DNA of 64,000 nt from an uncultured Chloroflexia bacterium (GCA_963763775.1 CAVXPZ010000001.1:1376001-1440000); one strand, 5' to 3'. Positions 11,160 through 22,226 are shown, counted from the first letter of the stretch. Translations and numbers: made by a program. The notes: generated by a model not told the origin, from the sequence alone.

Positions 11160-12740
11160 CTAGTCGACGACCGTGTGCGACTGCTCGCGCAGGAACTGCG
11201 CCACGTAGTACATCGACAGGCCGGCCTTGCCGGTCGAGCCGCTGCCCTTCCAGCCGCCGAACGCCTGGATGCCCGGCCACGCCCCGGTCGTCGCGCCGGC
11301 TCGGCGGTTCACGTACAGGACGCCGGCCTCGATGCGGTCGAAGAACCGCTCGATCTCCGCCTCGTTCTCCGAGTAGACGCCGGCTGTCAGGCCGTACACC
11401 GAGTCGTTGGCGAGCGAGATCGCCTCGTCGAGCGAGTCGACCGCGGCCACGGCGGTCAGCGGCGCGAACAGCTCGTCGCGGAACAGGCGGTGGTCGGCGG
11501 GCAGGCCGCCGACGACGGTCGGCTCGACGTAGAAGCCCCGAGCCAGGTCGCCGTCCGAGAGCCGCTCGCCGCCGATGAAGACCGTGCCGTCACGGCGCGC
11601 CTCGGCGACCGCGGCCTGGTGCCGCCCGACCGCGCGCTCGTCGATGATCGGTCCGAGCCAGTTCGCCCGGACGATGGGGTCGCCGATCGTGAGGGCCTCG
11701 GACTTCTCCACCAGGAGCCGGATCAGCTCATCGTGGACCGGGCGCTCGACGTAGACGCGCGAATTCGCGGAGCACTTCTGCCCGCCGAACCCGAACGCGG
11801 ACCGCATGATCCCCTCGGCGGCCTCGTCGAGATCGGCGTGCCGCGAGACGATCGCCGGGTTCTTGCCACCCATCTCGACGATGCACGGCCGTGGCCACGT
11901 CCGGCTGAACGAGTGGAAGAGCCGCATCCCGACCTCGTACGAGCCAGTGAACACGATCCCGTCGATGCCGGGGTGGTCCTGGAGCGCCTGGCCGACGGTC
12001 TCGCCGGGACCCATGACCATGTTCACGACGCCCGCCGGCACGCCGGCATCGATATAGGCCTGCATGAGGCCGACCGCCGACAACGGCGAGGCGGACGACG
12101 GCTTGAACACGACGGTATTCCCCGCGAGCATCGCCGCGCTCGAGGGTCCGGTCGACAGGGCCATCGGGAAGTTGAACGGACTGACCACCGCGAACACGCC
12201 GTGCGGCCGCAGGATCGATCGGGTATGGACGGCCGCGTCGCCGAGGTTGCCCATCGGGTGGTCGTAGAACGCGTTGTCCTCGGCCGTCTGGGCGTAGTAG
12301 CGGATGAGGTCGGCCGACTCCTCGACCTCGCCGAGGGCCTCGATGCGGTTCTTGCCGACCTCGAAGGCCATGACGGCCGACTCGTCCATCAACCGGTCGC
12401 TGATGAGCTCCGCGGCGCGGCGGAGGATCGCGACGCGCTCCGTCCACGGGGTCTTGGCCCATGCCGGCTGCGCCGCTCGCGCGGCGGCGACCGCCGCGTC
12501 GACGTCGGCGGCCGTGCCGCGGGCGAAGGTCCCGAGCACGACCGAGGTGTCGATCGGGGTGAGCACCTCGAACGTCCCGTCGCCGTCGCGCCACGCGCCG
12601 TCGACGTAGTTGCGGTGGTACGCCCCGAGACCCGCCCGGACGCGCTCCGCGGCCGCCTCGAAGCCGGCATGGAGCTCCTCGTTGTCGGCGCGCAGGGTCG
12701 CGTAGGTGATCTTGATGCGCGGGCTCGTCTCGGCGGTCAT
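11160..12740 (-). CDS. Aldehyde dehydrogenase (1-pyrroline-5-carboxylate dehydrogenase-like)
   Basis: SPFNFP, FKPS, FTGS, EMGGKN, GQKCSA, ELFAP, YGLTAG; start MTAETSPRIK at 12740. Confidence 0.9.
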   Translation of the reverse strand: MTAETSPRIKITYATLRADNEELHAGFEAAAERVRAGLGAYHRNYVDGAWRDGDGTFEVLTPIDTSVVLGTFARGTAADVDAAVAAARAAQPAWAKTPWTERVAILRRAAELISDRLMDESAVMAFEVGKNRIEALGEVEESADLIRYYAQTAEDNAFYDHPMGNLGDAAVHTRSILRPHGVFAVVSPFNFPMALSTGPSSAAMLAGNTVVFKPSSASPLSAVGLMQAYIDAGVPAGVVNMVMGPGETVGQALQDHPGIDGIVFTGSYEVGMRLFHSFSRTWPRPCIVEMGGKNPAIVSRHADLDEAAEGIMRSAFGFGGQKCSANSRVYVERPVHDELIRLLVEKSEALTIGDPIVRANWLGPIIDERAVGRHQAAVAEARRDGTVFIGGERLSDGDLARGFYVEPTVVGGLPADHRLFRDELFAPLTAVAAVDSLDEAISLANDSVYGLTAGVYSENEAEIERFFDRIEAGVLYVNRRAGATTGAWPGIQAFGGWKGSGSTGKAGLSMYYVAQFLREQSHTVVD

Positions 12741-12796
12741 CGTGCTGATCCCTCGTGTCGGCGCGCCGGGCGCGCTGGGCTGTCGGAAGGTTGCGG

Positions 12797-13672
12797 TCAG
12801 TCTAGCGCGGCGACGACGTCCGCCAGCGACGGGGCGATCGCGTCCGGCGGTCGATGGCGCCGGCCGGACGCCAGGCCCGCGAGGTCTCCCGCTCCCACTT
12901 TCCCGGTCAGGACCAGCACGCCACGCAACCCCACGCGCTGCGCGCCGCGCACGTCGGCCGACGGGTCGTCGCCGACCATCGCGACCGATCGTGCCGTCAC
13001 GCGCCGGCCGAGATCTTGCCGGATCCCCTCGAGCGCCTGGCGGAAGACGACCGGCGAGGGCTTGCCCAGGATGAGCGCCCGCCGCCCGAGGCTGTATTCG
13101 AGCCCGACGACGAAGCCGCCGGCGTCGAGGGTCACGCCGTCCGGCGTGAACCACCACGGGTTCCGATGCATCGCCAGGAAGGCGGCCCCGTCGCGCACGA
13201 GCCGGAAGGCGATCGACATGTTCCGGTACGACAGCTCGTCGCCGGCGTCGCCGATGACGACGGCCGCGACCGAGCCCGGCGCGGCGGTGGCGGCCTCCTC
13301 TGGCGTCAGGAGGTGCTGTCCGGCGAACTCTCGGCGGGCATCCGGCGCCGCCAGCACGAAGATCGGTCGACCCGGGTAGGTCGTCCCGGTGTGGACGGCC
13401 GCGGCCGAGCTCGCCGTGATGATCCGTTCCGGGTCGAGGATGAGACCGTCGGCTTCCGCGAACCGGCGGGCGAGCGTGGTCCGGTGCGCCAGCGAGAAGT
13501 TCGTCACGACGCGGAACGGGACGCCGCGCGCCTCCAGGGTGCGGAGCGCGTCGATGGCGCCCGCGATCGGCCGGCCCTTCAGGATGAGCACTCCGTCAGC
13601 GTCGAGGACGAACCCGGCGATCCCGTGCATCGCCGCACGCAGATCGGTCGCGGAGGTGACGTGGTCCGGCAT
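12797..13672 (-). CDS. HAD-IIA family hydrolase (NagD/LHPP-like)
   Basis: LDADGVL, VTN, GKPS, MVGDDPSADV, VLTGK. Confidence 0.9.
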   Translation of the reverse strand: MPDHVTSATDLRAAMHGIAGFVLDADGVLILKGRPIAGAIDALRTLEARGVPFRVVTNFSLAHRTTLARRFAEADGLILDPERIITASSAAAVHTGTTYPGRPIFVLAAPDARREFAGQHLLTPEEAATAAPGSVAAVVIGDAGDELSYRNMSIAFRLVRDGAAFLAMHRNPWWFTPDGVTLDAGGFVVGLEYSLGRRALILGKPSPVVFRQALEGIRQDLGRRVTARSVAMVGDDPSADVRGAQRVGLRGVLVLTGKVGAGDLAGLASGRRHRPPDAIAPSLADVVAALD

Positions 13673-13706
13673 GATGGCAGCGTATCGGAAGCGGAAGGAG
13701 CGAGCG

Positions 13707-14486
13707 ATGGGATTGCTGGACGGGAAGACGGCGCTGATCTTCGGCGTCGCCAACGACCACTCGATCGCCTGGGGCATCGCGCGAGCGCTGCACGCCGAGG
13801 GCGCCGAGGTCGGCTTCTCGTCGGTGGAGAGCCTCATCGAGAAGCGCGTCCGGCCCCTGGCGACCTCCATCGGGTCCACCTTCGTCGAGCCGTGCGACGT
13901 CACCGCGGACGCGGACATCGCCCGGGTGTTCGCCAAGTGGGGCGAGACGCACCCCTCGCTGGACATCCTGGTGCACGCCCTGGCGTTCGCGAAGCGCGAG
14001 GACCTCGAGGGCACCTTCGTGGACACCTCGCGGGAGGGCTTCGCCCTCGCCCTCGACGTCTCGGCGTACTCGCTGGTCGCGCTGAGCCGTGAGGCTCGGC
14101 CGTACCTGCAGCGCGGATCGTCGGTGATGACGCTGTCCTACTACGGCGCCGAGAAGGTCGTGGCGAACTACAACGTGATGGGGGTGGCCAAGGCCGCGCT
14201 CGAGGCGTCCGTGCGGTACCTCGCCGCCGACCTCGGGCCGGACGGCGTCCGGGTCAACGCCATCAGCGCGGGGCCGGTGCGCACGCTGGCGGCGGCCGGC
14301 ATCGCCGGCTTCAAGGGGATGTACCGCGGGTTCGCCGAGGTGGCGCCCCTGCGCGCGAACATCACGCCCGAGGACGTCGGCCGGACGGCCGTCTACCTCG
14401 CATCGGACCTCTCGAACGCGGTCACCGGCGAGACCCTGTACGTCGATGGCGGGTTCAACATCGTCGGCGTGCCAACGGGCGACTGA
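13707..14486 (+). CDS. fabI: Enoyl-ACP reductase
   Basis: GVANDHSIAWGIA, YNVMGVAKAALE, VNAISAGPVRTLAA; AAGGAG RBS. Confidence 0.95.
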   Translation: MGLLDGKTALIFGVANDHSIAWGIARALHAEGAEVGFSSVESLIEKRVRPLATSIGSTFVEPCDVTADADIARVFAKWGETHPSLDILVHALAFAKREDLEGTFVDTSREGFALALDVSAYSLVALSREARPYLQRGSSVMTLSYYGAEKVVANYNVMGVAKAALEASVRYLAADLGPDGVRVNAISAGPVRTLAAAGIAGFKGMYRGFAEVAPLRANITPEDVGRTAVYLASDLSNAVTGETLYVDGGFNIVGVPTGD

Positions 14487-14498
14487 CGACCCGCTGGC

Positions 14499-15008
14499 CT
14501 ACCAGCCGAGGCTGCCGGGCTCGCCCTTGATCGGGCCCACGATCCGGCTGGTGACCCAGCCGCCGTAGAAGCCGCCGGGTTGCGGCGTGGCCCGCTCGTC
14601 GCCGACCCACGCTTCATCGACCCGGCTCGCATAGAACGCCAGGTAGCCGCGGATCGCCTCGTAGCCGGGCTTGGGAGCCGCATACGACCAGGCGACATCG
14701 TCGATGCGGCGGCCCGTCGGACCGACGTACGTGTGATAGCCGGCGTCGCCCTTCCACTCGCAGACGGTACGACGCGGACTCGGGACGAGGCGGTCCATCC
14801 GGACGTCCTCGGGCGGGAGGTAGTAGACGGGAGCACCGGCGGTCTCGAGGACCCGGAAGCCGCGGACCGTGTCGGCGACCACCTCGCCGCCGATCACCAC
14901 GCGCAGCCGCTCGGGCACGGGCTCGACCCGAGGCGGCCGCGGGTAGTCCCAGACCGACTCCTGACCGGGACCAGGCTCGATACGGACGGGGCGGGACGAT
15001 CCGTGCAT
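14499..15008 (-). CDS. DUF427 family protein
   Basis: ESVWDYPRPP, VLET..PVYYLP, CEWKG.A.Y, QPGGFYGGW. Confidence 0.88.
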   Translation of the reverse strand: MHGSSRPVRIEPGPGQESVWDYPRPPRVEPVPERLRVVIGGEVVADTVRGFRVLETAGAPVYYLPPEDVRMDRLVPSPRRTVCEWKGDAGYHTYVGPTGRRIDDVAWSYAAPKPGYEAIRGYLAFYASRVDEAWVGDERATPQPGGFYGGWVTSRIVGPIKGEPGSLGW

Positions 15009-15048
15009 GCCTCAGGTTCGCACGGCGGGACGGAGCGGATGTCTTCGC

Positions 15049-16245
15049 TCAGGAACCGGTCACCGTGATCGTTCCCGTCATGCCGGCCTGGTCATGCCCC
15101 GCGAGCTTGCAGGCGAACGTGTACGTGCCAGGCGCCAGCGACACCGTCAAGCTCCGTGAGAGCCCAGGGACGAGGCCCTCGACCTCGTCGACCGTCGCGT
15201 CGTCCTTGAGGATCTCGAACTCGTGCTCAACGGCCCCCGCGTTCGTCACCTCGAAGGTGACCTCGCCAGCCGGCACGGTGAGGGTCGACGGGGTGAAGGC
15301 GAATTCGCGCGCCTCGACCTGCACGGCGCCCGAGGCCGGAGCGACCGCGGCCGACGCAGACGGCGAGGTCGTCCCGGACCCGGAGCACGCGACCACGGCG
15401 ATCGCGACGACGACGCCGGTCGCGACGGCGGCCGATCCCGGCAGGCGACGTCGTCCCGGGCGCACGTACAGGATCAGGACCGGGACGAGGTATGCCACGT
15501 ACGCGACCGCTTCAAGGGGCGTCGGCGTGGAGCGGTAGCCGAACAATCCGGCGAGGACCGCCCCGAGCGGGCTCGATTCGGGCAGCACCGCGCCAAGGTC
15601 GAAGGCGGTCCCCGTGTTCGCGATCAGGCCAGCCTCACCGAACTCGTGGACCGCGAAGGCGACCAGGCCGGCGGACACGAAGATCAAGACGACCCCGGTG
15701 ATCGAGAAGAAGCGCCTCAGGTCGATCCGGATGCCCGCCGCGAAGATCGCGTACCCGATGGCCACGGCGACGGCGAGGCCGGCAAGCGCGGCGAGCAACG
15801 TCGGGACCGCCGGTCCGCTGGAAGAACCGATCGCGAACAGGAACAGGACCGTCTCGAGGCCCTCGCGCGCGACGGAGACGAACGCCAGCCCGGCGAGGGC
15901 CGTCATCGAGCCCGCCACCAACGCGACGTCGACGCCGCGCTCGAGCTCACCCTTCAACGCCCGACCCTGTCGGCGCATCCAGAACAGCATCCAGGTGAGG
16001 ACGACGACCGCGAGGACCGCGGCGAACCCCTCGACGCTCTCCTGCACGACCAGCGGCAGCCGACCCACGGTCACCACCACGATCGCACCGACGGCGACCG
16101 ATAGCGCCAGCGCGACACCGACTCCGATCCACACGCCGCGCATCGCGTCGCGTCGGTCGATGTTGACGAGATACGCGCTGATGATCCCGACGATCAGGGC
16201 GGCCTCGAGGCCTTCACGGAGCGTGATGAAGAAGGCAGCGGTCAC
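15049..16245 (-). CDS. FTR1/EfeU iron permease fused to a C-terminal cupredoxin
   Basis: Two REGLE motifs in hydrophobic helices, then a linker and a cupredoxin with HEF...CKLAGHDQAGM; start GTG16245. Confidence 0.88.
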   Translation of the reverse strand: MTAAFFITLREGLEAALIVGIISAYLVNIDRRDAMRGVWIGVGVALALSVAVGAIVVVTVGRLPLVVQESVEGFAAVLAVVVLTWMLFWMRRQGRALKGELERGVDVALVAGSMTALAGLAFVSVAREGLETVLFLFAIGSSSGPAVPTLLAALAGLAVAVAIGYAIFAAGIRIDLRRFFSITGVVLIFVSAGLVAFAVHEFGEAGLIANTGTAFDLGAVLPESSPLGAVLAGLFGYRSTPTPLEAVAYVAYLVPVLILYVRPGRRRLPGSAAVATGVVVAIAVVACSGSGTTSPSASAAVAPASGAVQVEAREFAFTPSTLTVPAGEVTFEVTNAGAVEHEFEILKDDATVDEVEGLVPGLSRSLTVSLAPGTYTFACKLAGHDQAGMTGTITVTGS

Positions 16246-16360
16246 GGTCTCGGTCCCTCGTGCGACGACGGTCGACGCCGGCACGCAAGAAGCCATGACT
16301 TCACATAGCAAGGTGCCTTGTCACCCGGATGCTAGCCAACATGGCGGGACCGGTCAAGCG

Positions 16361-17084
16361 TCAGTCGCCGCCGCGGACCTCGAAGCGCGCCAGCCGCCAC
16401 GCCGTGATCGTGAGTGAGGCGAGGATCGCCGTCGTGATGACCGCGGCCGCCACACCGGCCTGGATCGGTTCCCGGTCGAACTGGCCGCCGAGCCCGGCCA
16501 CCAGCCCGAGGGTCGCCTGGCGGATCGAAAGGAAGCGCGTCCCCTCGAGCAGGCCGCCGAGGGCACCCTCCCAGATGAGGACGTAGACGAGCCCGGCGAC
16601 GAGGGCTCGGGCCGTCATCGAGCTCAAGGCGACGAAGACGGCCGCGTAGGCAGCCCCGCCCGCGGCGCACGCGATGGCGAACGCGAGCGTCGTCTTGAGT
16701 TGCGCCGGGTCGCGACCCGCCGATCAGGAGGCCGGTGATGAGCGTGATCGGGATGACGAGGACGACGGTCGCCGCCACGGCGACGGCGAGCTTGGCGAGC
16801 GCGACGATCCAGCGCTGGATCGGCTTCGTGAGGAGGAACACGACCGTCCCGTCCTCGATCTCCGAGCCGAGGGCCGCCGTGCCGAGGATGAGCGCGATCA
16901 GCGGCATGACCGTCTGGACGACCAGGACCCCGAGTACGCGATCGGCATCGGCCCGCCCGCCGCGCAGGTAGACGAGGACGCCGAGGATGACCGGGATCGC
17001 CGCGAGCAGGAGCATCAGCAGCAGGCGACGACGGCCGAGCAGGCCGCGGACGGTGACGTCCATGATCGCGACGAACGCGTTCAT
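16361..17084 (-). CDS. ABC-2 type transporter permease, indel near 16720
   Basis: Multi-TM; EIEDGTVVFLLTKPIQR; C-terminus continues in ORF 16361..16627. Confidence 0.85.
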
Positions 17085-18011
17085 CGATGCACCAGGTAGC
17101 TGAAGACGCTCTCGAGCGAGTCGTCGGTCGGGCCGACCTCGAAGAGGGTGATGGCCTGGTCGCGGGCGATCCGCGGCAGGACCCGGGTGAAGGCCGCGAA
17201 ATCGGACGTGCGGACGAACAGGCGCTCGCCCGTGAGCTCGGCGCCGAACACGGTCGGGTCGACGAGGAGCGCGGCCGCGAGCCTGCGGTCGTCCGACGAT
17301 CGCACCCGGAAGGTGTGCGGCCGGTCGGTCATGAGGCGACGGATCGACCGGTAGTCGCCCGCGGCGGCCAGCCGGCCTGCGTACACGACGAGGATCGAGT
17401 CGGCCAGTCGCTCCACCTCCTCGAGGATGTGCGAGGAGAAGAGGATCGTGCGGCCCTCCGCGGCCATCGACCGCAGCAGGCCCATCATGTGCAGCCGCTG
17501 CCGCGGGTCCATGCCGTTGAACGGCTCGTCGAGCAGGAGGATGCGCGGGTCGTGGACCAGGGCGCCGGCGAGCTTCGCGCGCTGACGCATCCCCTTCGAG
17601 TACGTCGCGATCGGGCGGCCCGCGGCCTCGGTCAGCTCGACCGTCGCGATGGCCCGATCCGCCGCCGCCATCGGGTCGGACAGACCCTGGAGCCGGGCGT
17701 TGAGCGTCGCGAACTCGTGGCCGGTCAGGAACGGGTGGACCGTCTCGCGCTCGGGCACGAGGCCGATGCGCGCGTACATCGCCGGTCGCCCCCACGCCGT
17801 CCGCCCCTCGACGAGGACCTGCCCGGCCGACGGCCGAAGGAGACCGGCCATCAGGTGCAGGAGCGTCGACTTGCCCGCCCCGTTGGGACCGAGCAGACCC
17901 GTCACGCCCGGACCGAGCGCGAACGAGATGTCGTTGATCGCCACGACGTTGCCGTACCAGCGCGACACGTGCTGGACCTCAAGGGCCGCCGTCGAGCCGT
18001 CGTGCGGTCAT
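17081..18011 (-). CDS. ABC transporter ATP-binding protein, indel near 18000
   Basis: GPNGAGKST, YSKGMRQR, LLLDEP, SSH; ATG18011 overlaps the upstream stop. Confidence 0.9.
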
Positions 18012-18957
18012 GCCGCGATCCGGAGGTAGCGACGGATCGTGAGGCCGATCGCCCCGCTCGCGATGACGATCGACGCGCACCGCGTACGTCGGCCCCGGGA
18101 AGCCGGACTTCACGATGACCGGATTGTCGGACAGGCCGCCGAACAGCCAGGCGTTCGCCCCGTCGAGGACGTCGCTCGGACTCAGGAAGATCACCCACCG
18201 CGCGGTATCGCTGCCGCTCAGCGAGTCGAGGAGCGCGACCACCACCGGCGGGATGATCGAGACCGCGATGATGCCGGCCGTGGCGTAGGCGCGTCGGGGG
18301 GTCCAGGCCGCGATCAGCGCGGAGATGCCGCCAAGGACCCCGGCGGTCAGCAGCGCCTGGCCGACGAACCGTGGCACCGGCGGGAAGTTCGTTCGAGAGC
18401 CCCGTGACCGGGTCGCTCGCGACGAGGACTCGTCCCGTGAACAGGATCAGCTGCGGGAGCAGGTCGACCATCAGCAGCGCCAGCATCAGTCCGCCGACGC
18501 GGGCGAGCGCGTAGTCGGTCCGGGTCAGCGCCCGCGAGAAGTACAGCGGCAGCACCCCGTATCGCTGGTCCCGCCCGAACAGCTCGGGCGCCTGCGCGGC
18601 GCAGAACAGCACGAGCAGGGTGATGGTGAGGCTGTGGTAGGTCTCGTAGCGGACCGGCGAGGCGCGCTCGAGCACGGCGCTCCCGCCGGCCTGGGCCGCC
18701 AGTCCGGCGATGCCGACCGCCAGGATCGCCGGGAGGACCGCGAGCCCGGCGAGCGTGAACGGCGCGATCTTGGCGCGGCCGCCGCGGCCGATCCCGAACG
18801 CGGACTTGACCGTGTTGCGGAGGAGGGCCAGCGCCGCTGAGCGACGTCCCAGACGCGGGCCGCCGTACCGCTGGTACCCGAGGTCGTAGATGCTCCCGCC
18901 CCGACCGGTGGCGGTCGCCGTCGCGGCGTGCGCGAGCGGCGGCATCGGGTCGGTCAT
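18008..18957 (-). CDS. ABC-2 type transporter permease, indels near 18385 and 18080
   Basis: IYDLGYQRYGGPRLG, RDQRYGVLPLYFSRALTRTDY, multi-TM; pieces lie in ORFs 17902..19917 and 17979..18377. Confidence 0.82.
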
Positions 18958-19917
18958 CGGGGACCCTCCGCCGGGCCGGCGGCGGGCGGCGGCGTCGACA
19001 TCGGGCCGGCGGCGGTCGGCGCGTCGCGCGAAGAGGTCTTCGAGGCCGCGGCGGCGCTGCTCGAGCCGGACGAGCGAGAGCTCGAGATCCGCCAGGACGT
19101 CCCGGACCACGTCGTACGGCCGGTCATCGCTGATCGGCACGACGACCGTGCGGCCGTCGACCGCGGGCTGGAGGCCGCGCGCCGCCAATGCGTCGGCGAG
19201 CGCCGTCTCGCCCTCCTCGACCTCCACCGCGAGGTACCCGGTCCGTTCCGTGAAGCTGCCCAGCGGGGCCGCGCGGAGCAGGTGGCCGGCGTCGATCGCG
19301 ACGAGGAAGTCGCACACTCGCTCGATCTCGCCGAGGAGGTGGCTCGCGACGATGACCGCGATGCCGAATTCGGCCCCGGTCCGTCGGACGAGCGCGAGCA
19401 TCTCGTCCCGGCCGGCGGGGTCGAGCCCGTTGGTCGGCTCGTCGAGCAGCAGCAGTCGCGGATCGTGGACGAGGGCCTGGGCGAGCTTGACCCGCTGCTT
19501 CATCCCCGTGGAGTACCCGCCGATCGCGCGGTACCGCTCCTCGTACAGGCCGACGTGGCGCAGCACCTCGGCGGTCCGCTCGCGGGCCGCCGACCCGGGC
19601 AGTCCGGACATCTGCGCCATGTGGCTCACGAAGTCCGTCGCCGAGACGTCCGGCGGAAGGCAGTCGTACTCGGGCATGTACCCGACGAACTGGCGGATCG
19701 CGGTCCCTCGGCCGCGGACGTCCATGTCCATGACCTCGGCGGTGCCGTCGGTCGGCTCCAGCAGGCCCAGCAGGATCTTGAGCATCGTGCTCTTGCCCGC
19801 GCCGTTCGCCCCGACGAGGCCGATGATCCCGGGCTCGAGGTCGAGCGTCAGGCCGTCGAGCGCGGTCACACCGCCGGGATAGCGCTTGGTGAGCCCGCGC
19901 AGGGCGATGAGGGGCAT
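18954..19917 (-). CDS. ABC transporter ATP-binding protein, indel near 19030
   Basis: GANGAGKST, YSTGMKQR, LLLDEPTNGLDP, ASH. Confidence 0.9.
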
Positions 19918-19946
19918 GGAGACGACAGCCTACCCGGTCGGCGTGG

Positions 19947-20042
19947 TCAGGCGGCGACGATCTGATTGCGCCCGGCCCGCTTGGCCATCTGCAAGGCGAC
20001 GTCCGCGACCTGCAAGAGCGAAGTCACTCGGTGCTTCCACAC
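19947..20042 (-). pseudogene. Isolated C-terminal fragment of a GGDEF domain
   Basis: Hand translation VWKHRVTSLLQVADVALQMAKRAGRNQIVAA* matches the GGDEF terminal motif (compare LFRAADSALLAAKRAGRDRVV at the end of 5586..7682). Confidence 0.6.
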
Positions 20043-20118
20043 GATCGCAGCGTGGTCCGTCGGTCCTCCCGCGTCGATGGGCCGAAATCGACCACCGGTG
20101 CGCCCGGACGTCCGGTCG

Positions 20119-21808
20119 TCAGCGGAAGGTCAGGGTGCTCGCGACGACATCGGCGGTCCCGAGGACCTGGCGGAGCGTGTGGCCGGAGGCCGGCTCGATC
20201 ACCAGGACGAGCGGCCCGTCCTCCGTGTCGAGGGCGACGATGCGAGTCGTCCGACCGCCCTCGACGTAGAACGTCTTGCCCCCCGCGGTGAAGACCGCCC
20301 GTCGGCCGGACCCGATCGGGGTGACGTCGGTGGAGCGTCCCTTGTGCCCGTCGATCTTGACGCTCGCCGACTTCGTCGCCTTCAGGTCCTTGGTCCCCGC
20401 GATCCCGGCGATCACCGCCTTGGCCGTGCCGTCACCGAACGGCCGGTGGGTTGCGCCGGGCGGCGTGACGCGGCTCGCGTAGGTCATCAGACCCTCCGGC
20501 CGCGACAGCACGAGCAGGTCGGGGGTGTCGATCGCCGTCGACCAGCCGTCGCCGAGCGTGAACGCCACGGGCGTCGCGAATTCGTGCAGGGGCGTACCGG
20601 CCCGCACCGAGCGAGCACGCGACGTCCAGGATCGGACGGCAGATGTCGACCGGCGGCGGGGACGGCGTCGGCACGGGCGTCGGGACGTGCGTGACCACGG
20701 CCTCGGCGGTGGCCGTGTGGGTCGTCGGGCGAGTCGTGGCGACCGCGGCGCCACCGCGATCCGCGCCGAGCACGACCATCGAAAACGCGCCGACGACCAG
20801 CGCGATCGCCGCCACGAGGCCGACCGCACGGCCGCGACCGAGACGTCGGGCCGGCCGCCGAGCGCCGATCCCGACGGAGCGCACGGGGGTGATCCGGCGC
20901 GGGCGCGGGGTGGCCCGTGTGACGGACGGCCGCTCGGCCTCGACCGTCTCGGACGGGGCCACCAGGGGCTCCAGCGCGGTCGCGAGCGCGTTGCCGCTCG
21001 CGAAGCGCGCCGCGGGATCGGCGGCGAGCGAGCGCGTGACGATCGCGTCGAGCGCGAGCGGCACCTCCGGGCGGGCGTCGCGCGGTGATGGCGCGGCGGC
21101 GCCGACCCGTGCCAACGCGAGTTGCGCGGATGTGTCGCCGTGCCAGGGCCGCCGTCCCGTGAGGGCCTCGTAGAGGACCAGGCCGAGGCCGTACACGTCG
21201 GATGCCGGCGTCGTCGTGGTGCCCTGCGCCTGCTCCGGGCTGAAGTACTGCACGGATCCGAGCGTCGTCCCGGGGAGCGCCGCCTCGGCGTCCGCCGCGA
21301 GCCGCGCGATACCGAAGTCCGTGATCATCGCGCGGCCGTCGCGAGCGAGGAGGATGTTGCTCGGCTTCACGTCGCGATGGACGATCCCGCGAAGGTGTGC
21401 CGCCCCGAGGCCGCGGGCGACGTCGAGGCCGACTCGTGCGACGTCGCCGGGCAGCATGGCTCCGTCGCGTCGGAGGCGGGCGGCCAGGTCCTCGCCCTCG
21501 ATCAGCTCCATGACCATGAACGGGCCGGCCGCGTCGGAGCCGGTGTCGAGGCACCCGACGATGTTCCGGTGCCGCAGCACCGTGGCGGCGAGCGCCTCGC
21601 GCCGGAAGCGGTCGGCGAGGTCGCGGTCGGCGCCGATCTCCGGGCGCAGCACCTTGATCGCGACGACCCGACCGCTGCGCAGGTCCTGGGCCCGGTAGAT
21701 CGTCGCCATGCCGCCGCGGCCGACGACCTCGCCCAGACGGTACCGACCGGCGACGAGGCGGTCGCGGTCGGCGGGAGCGGCGTCGGATGGGTCCGGTCGC
21801 ACGGTCAC
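20119..21808 (-). CDS. Hanks-type Ser/Thr protein kinase with TM helix and extracellular domain, indel near 20595
   Basis: GRGGMA, VAIK, HRDVKPSN, DFG, SPEQ, SDVYGLG; TM, Pro/Thr linker; C-terminus continues in ORF 20119..20829. Confidence 0.9.
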
Positions 21809-21997
21809 GCGGCCGACGATAGCCCACTCCCGCGGAACCGGCCTGAGCGTCACTAAGGTAGCCGCGGCCCCGCGACGGGCGAGATTGAGGACCGACCCGT
21901 GACCGCGTGCGGCGAGCGCCGGATGGCATGGATGTCGCCAGATCGCATGGTGGTCCCAACGCCGAGACGTTCTCGGTGACGGACCGGAGGCCAGACG

Positions 21998-22174
21998 ATG
22001 TTGAACCACGAGGCGATGCGACAGCTCGCCAAGGACCGATGCGCCGATTACGAACAGCAGGCGAAGCGCGAGCGCGTCTCCCGGGTGGAGACGATGGCCG
22101 TGCATCAGGAGCCGCGCGAGCGGTTCCGGATCCGCGACCTGCGATGGGTACTCTTCCGACCCCATAGCGCGTGA
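21998..22174 (+). CDS. Small hypothetical protein (58 aa), absent from ORF track
   Basis: GGAGG RBS 7 nt before ATG; MLNHEAMRQLAKDRCADYEQQAKRERVSRVETMAVHQEPRERFRIRDLRWVLFRPHSA*; followed by a strong hairpin. Confidence 0.7.
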   Translation: MLNHEAMRQLAKDRCADYEQQAKRERVSRVETMAVHQEPRERFRIRDLRWVLFRPHSA

Positions 22175-22183
22175 TCGACCCTC

Positions 22184-22226
22184 CGTCGCGACTCGGGTGC
22201 ACGGGGACCGCACCCGGGTCGCGACG
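22184..22226 (+). terminator. Strong stem-loop after the small ORF
   Basis: CGTCGCGACTCGGGTGC / GCACCCGGGTCGCGACG, 17-bp stem with one G-U pair, 9-nt loop; no U-tract. Confidence 0.55.

Noticed and set aside
17902-19917. Apparent ABC ATPase-permease fusion (671 aa)
   Set aside because: The junction reads as out-of-frame Arg-rich sequence, and an ATGA overlap exists at 18954-18957; indel artefact.
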